Shown here: positions 50,301-62,074 of the stretch, in pieces
Layout of the letters: each line of letters starts with the position of its first letter
How positions within the stretch are numbered: position 1 is the first letter of the stretch
Source of the DNA: Heterodontus francisci
Taxonomy: Eukaryota
Direction: 5' to 3'
Assembly (NCBI RefSeq): GCF_036365525.1
Contig: NC_090383.1
Coordinates: 5,588,453 to 5,652,452, forward strand
Length of the DNA stretch: 64,000 nucleotides
Notes under the pieces: generated by a model
Databases searched by the model: none
What the model was told of the DNA's origin: nothing
What the model saw: only the letters and a program-made list of their open reading frames with translations
Program-made: the position numbers and the translations under genes

Positions 50301-50420
50301 ATTGTTCTAAGTTCCTCCCTTTCTATAACCTAGGCAAAATACTGATTTAGTGTCTCAGCCATTTCTGTGTTCCCCACTATTAACTCCCCAGTCACATCCT
50401 CCAAGGGACCAACATTTACT
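47385..50420 (-). mobile_element. Two stacked CR1 fragments (about 47385-48270 and 48325-50420) with a nested V-SINE, in the FBXO48 intron
   Basis: RT ORF pieces ([22 protein letters not shown]); two separate CR1 3' tails. Confidence 0.88.
49636..49990 (-). mobile_element. V-SINE copy nested in CR1, TSD taaat
   Basis: taaat at 49631-49635 and 49991-49995; host CR1 is contiguous once the SINE is removed. Confidence 0.9.
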
Positions 50421-50686
50421 TTGGCTTGTTGTGCTTAAATGTCATAAGTGCAGACTCTCTGCTGAATAGAATAAGCATTACCCTTAAAGTGTTTCCATTC
50501 CTATATTTTTGTATTTATTATAATACCATGGACAAATACGGGGAGAATGTTGGGGAAAGAAAACAAGAGAAACATAGGAGACACTAAAACATTCTTAGAT
50601 ACAAATGGAAAGAAAGGCAGGTTGGCAGTTACTAACACAGATGTTTAACTTTTCATGCAACTCAAAACATAGCAAACTGCACTTAC

Positions 50687-50989
50687 CTTCCATGAAAGTC
50701 CACTTGCTCGATCACACTGCAGCTCTCTTTTACAGACAGCCAATATTGTTAAGCAGTGATTGTACCACAGACTGTCACTGTTTTCAATCAGATAATTCCA
50801 GGTTTTGCATGTCATGGCAGCATTAGACAGGCTTTGAATGTCCAGTTCACTGAAAATTTTCAGAGTTAGCTCTTGAGGCAAAAACTGTGCGAAATCATGA
50901 CAGTTTTTCACTCTTTTCTGTTCAGTGGAGAAAGGAGTTTTATCTTTACCAACTATGCTCTGTTTATTTTTTTTGCAAGACCTGAGCAT
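50687..50989 (-). CDS. FBXO48: F-box only protein 48, first coding exon (F-box domain)
   Basis: ATG at 50989: MLRSCKK...FAQFLPQELTLKIFSELDIQSLSNAAMTCKTWNYLIENSDSLW...SGLSWK|gtaagt. Exon acceptor at 51027 (tttgtag|GTT). Joined protein is 154 aa. Confidence 0.94.
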
Positions 50990-51752
50990 AGTTTTTTGTT
51001 CCAGAATTTCAGAGGTATTTTCAAAACCTACAAACAAAATTCAATTTTACTTATCTTATTGCTTTATTTTTCTGTTGCTTGCTTTACAGACATAAGTCTC
51101 TGTCTTCAAACTGCTTCTGTCTTTCTATTTGTCATCTACCCTTTCTTTCTGTGGTTCTCATACATTACGTGTCATTATCTCAGCCTGTAATTTTTGTGGT
51201 CTCCTTATATAAACTATAAGTACAGTCTTTAAGGACTATTCCCACATCTACAGCCTGCAAATTACCTTTCTATGCTGAGTTTATCCATGAATGCTTCATG
51301 TTATTTCTGAATCTGTGAATTTTATCCCTGAAGCTGTCTGGTTTAACCATTTACTTCCCTGGTTTATCCTGCCTATTTTAGCAGTTTTGTATTTCTCAGG
51401 TTTATCCCTTATACCTGTCAAATTCATCTCAGAATTAAGGATTTTTTAAACCCCAGTTTATGCCAATGATTTCCTGTGTTCTCATCCCATGGCCCATGAG
51501 GCTTGTGTTTCTTGTTTCTCTGCTAAGTCATGTTCCATACTGAGCACATTTTACACAAACATCAGCATTTTCAGGCCAGCTGCTGTTTATTTCTGGAGGC
51601 ACCGCCTTCTCCCTCTTAGCCACCTTCCCCCTTCAACCACAGTCGCTCCCTCTTAAACCCTTTAACCCACTCTCTCCACTTTAACCCATTCGCTGACCTG
51701 TTCCGATTCTTTTCCTTTGGGTTTAAATGTCCGACGGTTGACGTTTGTTTAC

Positions 51753-51800
51753 CTGAAGCGTCACGCTCGCGCATCCGTCCGTTTTCCGTGTTCCTGCGCA
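51753..51800 (-). other. FBXO48: Putative non-coding first exon of FBXO48 (5' end uncertain)
   Basis: Minus-strand donor CAG|gtaaac at 51753/51752 at the edge of the CpG island; would splice to the acceptor at 51027. Confidence 0.5.
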
Positions 51801-52014
51801 TGCGCGGAGAGGGTACCGTGACCGGTCGCGCAGGCGCGAAGGGTGGGCTGCCGTGCAGCATGCCGGGAGTTGTAGTTCCAGCTATTGTGAAGGTGCTGCT
51901 CTTCCCGCTGCCGAATCTGAGAGAAGGTGCTCAGGCCGCGCGGGGACAATAACCCGGGAAGGAGAGAGGGCGAGTGCGGCAGGGGGAATGTGATATTCCG
52001 AGGCTGAGGGCAGG

Positions 52015-52098
52015 ATGGAGCTGGAGCCACAGGACGGGAGCGGGACCATCGCCTTAGTGAGCGGCCTGAGCGCCATTGGCCGTGGGCCGTTGTTCCGG
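52015..52098 (+). CDS. APLF: Aprataxin and PNKP-like factor, coding exon 1 (FHA domain)
   Basis: aggATGG (strong Kozak). Encodes MELEPQDGSGTIALVSGLSAIGRGPLFR|gtaagt, with the IGRGP FHA motif. Confidence 0.92.
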
Positions 52099-52526
52099 GT
52101 AAGTGGCCCTGCACCGCCCGACCTCGCCATCTCCCCGGTGCCGCCCAGCCGCGCTCAACCCCACCATCCAGTACCCTCCACCACACCGCACTGACCTCGG
52201 ACCCGCCGCAAGCCCCGCACTGCCCAATGACACTGAGCCTGCAGCACAGAAACAGGCCATTCGGCCCAACTAGTCTGTGGTGTTTCTGCTGCAATGGAGG
52301 TTCCACCTGCATATAATCCTCTATTCCCCTCTCCCTCATGTATTAAACTAGTTTCACCTTAAATGCATCAATACGGTCCACCATCTACAAGGCACAAGTC
52401 AGGAGTGTGATGGAATACTCTACACTTGCCTGGATGGGTGCAGCTCCAACAACACTCAAGAAGCTCAACACCACCCAGGACAAAACAGCCCATTTGATCA
52501 ACACCCCATTTACCACACTCAACAGT

Positions 52527-52835
52527 TGGGCGGCGCAGTGGTTAGCACCGCAGCCTCACAGCTCCAGCGACCCGGGTTCAATTCTGGGTACTGCCTGTGT
52601 GGAGTTTGCAAGTTTTCCGGGTGCTCCGGTTTCCTCCCACAAGCCAAAATACTTGCAGGTTGGTAGGTAAATTGGCCATTATAAATTGCCCCTAGTGTAG
52701 GTGGTAGGGAAATATAGGGACAGGTGGGGATGTGGTAGGAATATGTGATTAGTGTAGGATTAGTATAAATGGGTGGTTGATGGTCGGCACAGACTCAGTG
52801 GGCCGAAGGGCCTGTTTCAGTGCTGTATCTCTAAA
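52527..52835 (+). mobile_element. V-SINE copy nested in a LINE fragment (52373-52985)
   Basis: Same family; interrupts the ...TTLN / HHQRTVAAVCTIYKM reading of the host. Confidence 0.88.
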
Positions 52836-53319
52836 CTTCCTCCACCACCAACGCACAGTAGCAGCAGTGTGTACCATCTACAAGATGCACAGCCAGAACT
52901 CGCCAAGGCTCTATCGACAGCGTCTTCCAAACCTGTGACCTCTACCACAGAGAGGGCAACAGACAAGTGGGAACACCACCTGCTGTCACAGAATGCTTCC
53001 CCTTGTCCACAAGTCCAAGGGACTGTGCCATGCAACAAGCAGACTCCACACACCAGAGAAAAATTAGAGGGAGCATTATCCCTGGCATGTCCCTGAACCC
53101 ACATATTTCCTTGTTCCTTTTCTATCTCCTTTCATGCCGTTTCTGTGCTTATCTTGTTTGTGCGACTAATCATCTGCTCCCGTGACTTACTTCATTCCCA
53201 GTAACGATGCACTGCATTTGCAATTGGGGAACTTAAGTGTACTTTTGAATAGAAAGTCCAAAAGTTGTTGTAATAGTAAGTGACTCTGTTTTTGGGGGGC
53301 TGGGGGCTTTCGTTTCTAG

Positions 53320-53391
53320 GTTTCCGATAAACGAGTGTCCAGAAACCATGGTCTGCTGGAGGTGGTTGATGAGAAGTTGCGCATCAAACCC
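53320..53391 (+). CDS. APLF: APLF exon 2 (FHA domain)
   Basis: tttctag|GTT...AAA CCC|gtgagt. Encodes VSDKRVSRNHGLLEVVDEKLRIKP (SRxH motif). 72 bp. Confidence 0.94.
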
Positions 53392-53440
53392 GTGAGTAGG
53401 TTTCTGCCTGAACAGAGATATTTATTCAGTAGTAGTTCAT

Positions 53441-53540
53441 GCCTATAGCCAGACTACTCAGAAATGCCCAATCTCATCTAATCTCAGAAGTGAAGCAGAA
53501 TTAAACCTGGTTGGTACTTGGAATACCAGGTGCAGTAGTT
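53441..53540 (+). pseudogene. 5S rRNA pseudogene or 5S-derived SINE head, box C deleted
   Basis: gcctatagccagactactcagaaatgcccaatctcatctaatctcagaagtgaagcagaattaaacctggttggtacttggaataccaggtgcagtagtt is colinear with vertebrate 5S, with CpG-type decay and about 17 nt missing. Confidence 0.8.
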
Positions 53541-54224
53541 TATAACCTTTGAGGCTTTCTGTGGCTGGGTACTGCATGACATTCCGTGTTCAGTTGATTT
53601 GGAAAATATTATGATTTGCCTTCAGTGTAAACTTCTGAGATTGATTGGACCTCCTGTTCAGATAAGGGGCATCTCTGGAGCTGTTTTTCTGGCCAATGAT
53701 ATTGAGGTAACTCAGTGTGTTTCCCTTCTTGGTCTAATATTTAAAAAAAAAGCATAGTTCATGTTTGTGTATCTTATAAACACTGACTAAATCGGTTTCC
53801 AGTTCAGCTCAAGTGTCCATGGACTCTGCTATTTTCCACAGGGTTGAACTAAGGCTAATATGGGCCTTTTTATTTCCAAATGCAGGGCTCATGCACAAGT
53901 GAGGAAGAGCATACTGGAGAAAAATGGGTTTTCTGTAGAACATGTAGCAACATAGAAATCTCTCATTGAAGTGTATATGTATAGATATATATACATATAC
54001 ACACACATCTTTAATCATAAATTTAAATTAATAATTCATGTCAATAATTAGTAGCCTACAATATAGAATAAATCCAGAACCAACTGTTCTTGCTAAAAGC
54101 CACCACAATCTTATGCCAGCTGGGCTTCTCTTCAATTCTTAATTGAAAGAATTGTGTCGAATTCAACTAGTTGTAAACACGTTCACATAGTGTGATGTGC
54201 CCTCTTGATAATGCCAACTACTAC

Positions 54225-55080
54225 ATTTAGTTGTGATGAGGAACATAGCAGACTTCAAGAAGACATAGATAGGCTGATGCAATGGGTGCACACATGGCAG
54301 ATGAAATTCAATGCAGTAAAATGTGAGGTGATGCATTTTGGTAGGAAGGATGCAGAGAGACAATGCAGTGGTACAATTTTAAAGAGTGTGCAAGGACAGA
54401 GGGACTTGGGTGTGTTTGTGCACAAATCTTTTGAAGGTGTCAAGGCAGGTTAACAAAGCAGCGAATAAAGAAAATCAGAACCTGGGCTATATGACTAGAG
54501 CATAGTGTGAAAAAGCCAGGAAGTTGTGCTAAACCTCTATAAAACAGTAGTTTGGCCCCAGCCAAATTGTGTCCAATTCTGGGCACACTTTAGGAAGGAC
54601 ATGAAAACTTTGGGTAGGGTACAGAAGAGATTTACTAGAATGATTCCAGGGTTGAGGGATTCTAGTTATGCGATTGAGTGGAGAAGCTGGGTTGTGTGCT
54701 TTGGTAGAGGTATTTAAGATCACAAAGAGTTTAGATAAGAGTAAATTAAGAGAAACTGTTTCCAATGGCTGAAAGGTCAATAACCAGAGGGCACAGATTT
54801 AAGGTCATTGGCAAAAGGACCAGAGACGACATGAGGAAAAACATTTTATGCAGTGAGTGTTTAGGATTTGAAATGCACTACCTGATAGGATAGTGGAAAT
54901 AGATTCAATGGTAGCCTTCAAAAGGGAATTAGATAAAGACTTAAAGCAGAAAACAGTGCAGAGATATGGGGAAAGAGCAGGGGAGTGGGACTAAGTGGAT
55001 TGTTCTTCGAAAGAGCTGGCACAGACTTGATGGGCCGAATGGCCTCCTTCTGTGCTGTACTGTTCTGTGATTCTATGATT
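54225..55080 (+). mobile_element. Old CR1 3' fragment
   Basis: LQEDIDRL..W...WQMKFNAVKCEVMHFG; CR1 tail at about 55030-55080. Confidence 0.8.
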
Positions 55081-56054
55081 TTCATTCCTACACATAGGTC
55101 TGTCAAGCTGCTGTGGCAGGTTAATTTTGTTCAGCCAGATTTGGTTGAATTCAATTATTTCACACCCTAATCTCCCAGAGATTGCTAAGAAATGTTAGAC
55201 AACAAGGTGGAAGATTTCTGTTGAAGGGGATGAGAATATATCAGGATTTCTGTCTTCCATTCAATGCTGTCATAATATCCTGATTTGTTCTTCCTTGGTC
55301 CTTCAAAGGTGGGAGATGCTATGTGTGAATCAGGGTCTTGGGACTTAATTACAAAGTTCTGAATATGAATAGATGTGATCCAAGGCTGTGAGATGGGACA
55401 GTCATGACAAATTTTCAGCTTTGAATGCTGAGATTTAATGTGACAGATTCTTTGAATAATTATTCTTTTCTTTGTTTATTGTACCATGAATGTGGCAGAT
55501 GGTGAAAGTTGATCAGATTTTGTTTGGCATTTGCTCATTATTGCAATACATCTGAACAGGTCAGCAAATAATATAATCCCAAAATAAGAAACTGAAGTTT
55601 GCTGAAAATCTAAGTGTTTGTATGCATATGTCTGGCTTTGTGTGTGTTTCTCTATCTGCTAGTCACTTAAAATTTGTAACTTGTTTTTTTTTTAGGCAGA
55701 ATGCCCTGTATAGTGACCAAACGTTCTCTTTGGCCAAGTAGATAGTACATACGAGGACCATTACACCATTAAATAGAGAGGGTTTAAAAAAAAACCTGTA
55801 CATTAGCCGTACTTGCTGCCTACAGGGGGAAAGGAGATTTTGACTTATAATCATCAGAATTTTTTTTTTGGAAATATATTCATTATCTTGAAACTTGTCA
55901 TCCATTGTACAGAACTTGTCAAATTTGAACTCTGAAATAAGTTTCTTCCTGTATCTATTTAAAGTCACTATTTGATTTTTCTTTTCTGCACATATTGCAA
56001 CTGTTATCAGTAAATCTGATGTATTTAAAATATTGGGATTTACTTTGGGAAAAG

Positions 56055-56510
56055 AGTCATAGGGTCATTCTGGCATAGAAGTTGGCCATTCAGCCCATCG
56101 AGTCTGTGCTGGCTCGAGAGAGAGCAAGCCAATCAGTTCCATTTCCCTGCCCTATCCCCAAAGCCCTGCAAGTTTATTTCCCTCAAATGCCCATGCAATT
56201 TCCTTTTGAAATCATTCATTGTCTCCGCTTCCACCACCCTCATAGGCAGCGAGTTCCGGGTCAATACCACACACTGCGTTAAAAAAAAGTTCTTCCTCAC
56301 ATCCCCCCTGTATTTCTTGCTCAAAACCCTAGTCCTTGTACCGTCAGCTAACGGGAACAGCTTTTTTTGTCTACCCCATCTAAACCTGTCATAATGTTGT
56401 ACACCTTTATCAAATCTGTCCTCAACCTCCTTTGCTCTAAGGAGAATAACCCCAGCTTCTCCGACCTAAGCTTGTAGGTAAAATCCCCCATCCCTGGAAC
56501 CATTCTGGTA
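56055..56510 (-). mobile_element. CR1 3' fragment
   Basis: LGLFSLEQRRLRTDLIKVY; CR1 tail. Confidence 0.75.
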
Positions 56511-56993
56511 AAAGGTATAGTATGCTTTGCTAAAATGCAAACCGAGTTCTTAGAGGTGTTTTGCACCTGGTTACTGGTAGAGGGCAGTCAGTTCCTATTA
56601 ATTTTGTTTATAAAGAATCACTACTTTTAGATCTGGTCAAAGTGTTGATTGGTTCCAAATAATGTCTAATCCACAATTCGACAACAAAATCTTACTCTTG
56701 CTACAGCAACAGCTGCATTTATATAGTGCCTTTAGCATGGTAAAATGTTCAAAACCACCTCATAGACCCGTTATCAGACAAAATGTGACACTGAGCCACA
56801 TGAGGTATTGGGACAGGTTAAAGAAGTAGGTTTTAAGGAGAGTCTTAAAGGAGGACAGAAAGGCAGAGAGGGAATTCCCTCGGCACCTGATGGAACGGCC
56901 GCCAGTGGTGCGGGGCAAAGGAAATTAGGGTGGCACGAGGCCACAATTGGAAGAATGAAGAGATCTCAGAGGATTGTCGGGCTGGAGGAGGTT

Positions 56994-57832
56994 TCTTACG
57001 ACCAGGTGAGAAAGGTATCTAGGGGTCCCTCTCAGCCTTCACCTGGTCATACTGTAACAGGGTTTGATTTTAAACACACTTTTTTAGCTCTCCCGTGGTG
57101 AATCCTTGTTTACCGCTTTCCAATTATGAGGCAAAGAAATGAGCACAAACAGGCTTTCTTAGGTTTAAAGAACAAAGGTGAAATTTTATTAAAATTTAAA
57201 CTTAAACTCTAATTCAGTTAACGCCTGTGGATACACGATGCGCCCACACTAGCATGCATATGCGATACATACACGCAGATAGGGACGGAAAAGAGTAGAA
57301 GAAAAAATAAAGTGGGAAGGTTTGAGGCAATATCTGAAGAGTTGTTATGGTTCTTCGAGCTCACTGTAGAGTCCTTGCTTGTAGTTAATTCTTGCTTTTC
57401 GTTGGGGCCCAGTATTCTTCTTAAACCTTGTTCACTGTAGGAGACTTTTCTCTCTTGGGGTTCATGTGTCTTCAGTGGATTCCAAAGCTGGTGAGAAAGA
57501 GATGGGAGCAGACAGGAGAGGCTCTTTTCAATCCAGGAACCAAGAGTTTTCTGTCAGTTCAAACACTGTCTACAATTTAAAACTCCCGAAGTTGGCCAGC
57601 AGGGTAGTCACGTAACTGGTATAACCACTTCTGGCTTTGTGTATTGGGTGGGTCAGGGAATGATCCTTTGCCTACAAATACTGTCTGTTAATATGCAAAA
57701 ATGTCTTTCCAGCCAGGGGCATGGCAACCCCTTGTATCAGGCCTTCTCCTCTTCCCAGCACAATTTTAAATTTAATGTCCATGTGACAAAATTAATGTGC
57801 CTCATTCTTGGCAGATGGGGGCCTGCATGACA
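56994..57832 (-). mobile_element. Solo LTR (4-bp TSD) inserted into an L2 fragment
   Basis: GGTT|TCTTACGACC ... GCATGACA|GGTT. Splits L2 gctggaggaggtt/acaaagatagg. Shares motifs with 23239-24200. Confidence 0.85.
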
Positions 57833-58317
57833 GGTTACAAAGATAGGAAAGGCAAGATCATGGAGGCATTTAAACACGAGGTTGAGAATTTTAAATTTAA
57901 GGCATTGCTGGATCAGGAGCTAACGTAGACCAGTGAGCACAAGGGTTGGGTGAATAGTACTTGCGAGTCAGGATATGGGCAGTAGAGCTTTGGATGAGCT
58001 GAAGTTTACAAAGGGTGCCAGATGGGATACTGGCCAGGGCAGCATTGGAATAATGGAGTTTAGAGCTAATAAAATTATGAGTGAGAGTTTCTGCAGCAGA
58101 GACTACAAGTAGACATTTTAAATAAGGTAGAAGCTGATTATTTCATTTGTATGCACAAAGTTTATTCTGTTATCCCAGTTAAACTATTGTTCTATATTGC
58201 TGTCGGCTTTTTCATGTTTGAGATTAATTCTGGAGAAACAAACCAGCAGTCTTTTGCAGTGAAACTTATTTAAACTGTGAATAAGCATAACAGGACAGTA
58301 CTTCATGCTCTTTTCAA

Positions 58318-58676
58318 GTTTAGTTTTTGTTTAGTTTAGAGATACAGCACTGAAACAGGCCCTTCGGCCCACCGAGTCTGTGCCGACCATCAACCACCCA
58401 TTTATACTAATCCTACACTAATTCCATATTCCTACCACATCCCCACCTATCCCTATATTGCCCTACCACCTACCTATACCAGGGGCAATTGCTAATGGCC
58501 AATTTACCTATCAACCTGCAAGTCTTTGGCATGTGGGAGGAAACCGGAGCACCCGGAGGAAACCCACGCAGACACAGGGAGAACTTGCAAACTCCACACA
58601 GGCAGTACCCAGAATTGAACCCGGGTCACTGGAGCTGTGAGGCTGCGGTGCTAACCACTGCGCCACTGTGCCGCCC
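58318..58676 (-). mobile_element. V-SINE copy
   Basis: Same family. Confidence 0.9.
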
Positions 58677-59479
58677 TGGGATTTAATCTGTTTTCATCCT
58701 CCATAGTGTTAACAATATAAATTCTTTTAGACTTATCAAAGTACTGTTTCATGTTATGATTCTGTAGTAGTTCGGAGTAGGATTTTTGGAAGGATAACCA
58801 GTAACTAGTAATGTTTAATCAATTCCTAAACTCTGAAAATATTCACATGTGTGCAACTTTTAATACTGACATGATTCTGCCTAAAAGTATTAAATGAAGG
58901 CAAGGGCAAGCTTGATATACAGCAGAAGAGAATAATATATTTGGATGGTGCTTTCATAGTTCATTCGTGTGTTTTATAAATTAAGAAATTCATCCCATGA
59001 GATAGCTGGTCTGATCACCCTACATCTATTGCTTACTAATGAGTCTTGTGTGTCTATCATCCACTCCCTACAAGTTCAGGTTTGTGCTTAATGGCAGATG
59101 TGTGGCAGTATCCAACGGTAGGTCTGCTTGAATTTGTTTAAAAATATTGACAAGTATGATGCATTCTGTTTTGAAGATGCCTCTCTTCGTTTGTTGAGAT
59201 GCTCTGTAGAATTCTTGTGGCTCTACAGCATTTTTGATCAGAGGAAGGTCATGTAGCTTGAATGTTCCAAATGTCTGAAAAAGGAGTCCACATGGTTGGA
59301 GTTGCAAAATGAATTTCCCATAACACTAATTTAAAAAAAACTTACAAACTAGTATAATGAAAAACAGAACTTATTCAGTGACTGGAAACCAATGCCCTAA
59401 TTCAAAAAGTGTGGAATTACAGAATCTGATACCCAAATACAGGTAATTCAGGTACCGTACGCTTTTAAAAAAGAAAAAT

Positions 59480-60090
59480 TCAGTCATGAGATGTGAGCAT
59501 CGCTGGCAAAGCAGTATGTGTTGCCCATCCCTAATTGCCCTTGAGAAGGTGGTGGTGATCCGCCTTCTTGAACCACCGCAGTCCATCTGGTGTAGGTACA
59601 TCCACAGTGCTGTTAAAGAGGGAGTTCCAGGATTTTGACCCAGTGACAGTGAAGGAATGATGATAAAGTTTTAAGTCAGGATGGTGTGTGACTTTGAGGG
59701 ATATTTGCAGGTGATCCTTGCCCTTGTTCTTCTAGGTGGAAGAGGTCACAGGTTTGGAAAGTGCTGTCAAGAGCCGTGATGAGTTGCTGCATTGCATCTT
59801 GTAGATGGTACACACTGTTGCCACTGTGTGCCCATAGTGAATAGGGTGCCAATCAAGTGGGCTGCTTTGTCCTGGATGTTGCTGAGCTTCTTGAATGTTG
59901 TTGAAGTTGCAGAATTCCCAGCCTTTGACTTGCTGCTGTAGCTACAGTATTTATGTAGCTGGTCCAGTTTAAGTTTCTGGTCAATGGTAACGCCCGCCCC
60001 CCTCCCCAAGCTGTTGATGGTGGGGGATTCATCAATGGTAATGTTGTAGATCAAGGGGAGATGGTTAGATTCTTCCTTGTTGGAGATGCC
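59480..60090 (-). mobile_element. 3' fragment of a non-LTR retrotransposon (CR1/L2 group, subclade unresolved)
   Basis: KKL..IQDKAAHLIG and VCTIYKM motifs; homologs at 29282-30000(-) and 52373-52985(+). Confidence 0.7.
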
Positions 60091-60374
60091 TTGAGTAAGA
60101 CCTACCATTTTACACTAATTACAAGTTTTATTATATTGCTGAGATGATGCTGATGTGGTATTATTGTTTTAAATGAAATCATTTTATACACTAATGAAAG
60201 AACTCTTAAAAGCAACTGGGTGATGTTATTTTCCAATAATTCCACTCCTTCAGACTCTAAAAAGCAATTTTAAACTTACCAAAAAAGGCAAATGCTGAAG
60301 TTTTCATGGAAAAAATTTTGGAATGGCAGAATGCATTTTCTGAAATGCAATGAACCTTAGAAACTAACGTTAAA

Positions 60375-60495
60375 TCCGAAATAAAAACAGAAAGTGCTGG
60401 AAATACTCAGCAGGTCAGGCAGCATTTGTGGTGAGAGAAACAGAGTTAATGTTTCAGTCTGATGACCTTTCATCAGAACTGGAAACATTTCGAAA
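60375..60495 (-). mobile_element. Penelope-like 3' terminal fragment
   Basis: Same terminal sequence with a decayed hammerhead motif at 60444-60480. Confidence 0.75.
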
Positions 60496-61259
60496 TTTAA
60501 CTTTCAACAACAATAACAGCTGTTATTTATAATGCCTTTAATATAATAAAATGTCCCAAGGCGTTTCACGGGTGCGTCGTAAAATAAACTTTGACACCGA
60601 GCCACATAAGGAGATCTTGGGGAAGATGACTAAAAGCTTGGATGACAGGTAGGTGTTGAGGAGTGTCTTCAATGAGGAAAGAGAGATTTAGGGAGGGAAT
60701 TCCAAAGCTTAGGGCCTTGGCAGCTGAAGGCACGGCCACCAATTGTAGACCAATTAAAATCGGGGATACTTGAGGCCAGAAATAGAGAAGCGCAGAAATC
60801 TCGGAGGATTGTGGAGCTGGAGGAGATTATAGTGGTAGGAAGGGGCGAGGCCATGAAGAGATTCGAAAACAAGGGTGAGCATTTTAAAATCGAGGCGTTG
60901 CTTAACCAGGAGCAGCTGAGGGTCAGTGAACACAGGGTTGCTGGGTGAACAAGACTTGGTGTGAGTTATGACACAGTCAACAGGTTCTAGATGGCCTCAA
61001 GTTTACATTACAATAGTGACTACACTTCAAAACTACTTCATTGGCTGTAAAACATTTTGGAACATCCTGTGTTTGTGAAAGGCGCTATATAAATGCAAGT
61101 TTTTCTTTCTTTTCTCAAGTTTTTGTAGAGTAGAGCATGGGATGTCAGCCAGGAGTATGTTGGAATAGTCAAGTCTGGAGGGAACAAAGGCATGGGTGAA
61201 GGTTTCAGCAACAGATGAGCTGAGGCGGGGGGAGTTGGGCAATGCTACATACTGCTCAA

Positions 61260-61330
61260 CTACTTTGCAGACCCCCGGAAAGTCTTTACAGATCCCTGGG
61301 GGTCCACGGATCCCATTTTGAGAAACCCTG
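61260..61330. mobile_element. hAT-like MITE end
   Basis: Ends ...gggggtccacggatcccattttgagaaaccctg (CAGGGTTTCTCAAA terminus). Confidence 0.5.
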
Positions 61331-61448
61331 CCTTATTTGACCATTTACTATTGTTATGATGTCAGTTGGCACCAGCTGTAAAGCTGATTGCAGTCAGTAG
61401 CTTTAGCGACATTAATGTGTTGGATATCTCTTGTTTTTTTTATTCCAG

Positions 61449-61609
61449 TTGCACACTAATCCATGCTTCTATCGGTCCTCAAGTGGAGACCAGTTTCTGC
61501 CCTTGGAGAAAGATAAATGGCACTGGCTGAACCCAGGAGACTCTTTTTCTTTGCTGCCCGACAAATATATATATAAAGTCATCTCCTCCAGCCTTGACCA
61601 GACTTTAAG
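61449..61609 (+). CDS. APLF: APLF exon 3 (FHA domain end); gene continues beyond window
   Basis: ttattccag|TTG CAC...TTA AG|gtgact. Encodes LHTNPCFYRSSSGDQFLPLEKDKWHWLNPGDSFSLLPDKYIYKVISSSLDQTL(R). Confidence 0.94.
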
Positions 61610-62074
61610 GTGACTTTTCAATTCAGAAGCAAGCAAATAATTATATCTATGTGGTGTGGATTCATTCAACATTAATAGGATGATATTTTCATGGATAATG
61701 TAACCTTGTTACCTTTCTAATATTTGACTTCACATTCCAACATTATAAAGTTTAGAAAAGTAGTTTTTGATGAACATGCATTGTTTTTAAGTAGAGGTAA
61801 ATCCATAAAATATGCAACTCGTTGAATAGTTTTGATCTTAAGCTACTTTTATATGAGAATTGATTGATGCTGTTTGCTTTGCAGTTGCTAATTTAACATG
61901 CAGATCTTTGCAAGTGGTAATGATTCACAATAAATCTATGGATGACTGTGCTTTAAACTGTCCTCCATATGCCCTGCGAATGCAAGATATACAACTGGGA
62001 AAATTCACTATTCTGATGTAAATCTTCTAGTCTCTCTAAACATCATCACTTAAGATGTTCCATCTCATATAGGG

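Larger units (their letters stand above)
51730..52225. promoter_or_regulatory. CpG-island bidirectional promoter of FBXO48/APLF
   Basis: The main CpG-dense unique segment of the window. NRF1-type TGCGCATGCGC (51795-51805) and CGCGCAGGCGCG (51827-51838). ZNF143/THAP11-type AACTACAACTCCCGGCATGC on minus (51858-51877). Confidence 0.85.

Noticed and set aside
50990-51037. N-terminal extension of FBXO48 in the ORF track (MFVGFENT...)
   Set aside because: Starts at a non-ATG codon across the splice acceptor at 51027; ATG 50989 gives a typical 154-aa protein.
51761-52339. 192-aa minus-strand ORF over the CpG island
   Set aside because: GC-rich, stop-poor shadow antisense to APLF exon 1 that begins in a CR1 tail; no recognisable domain.
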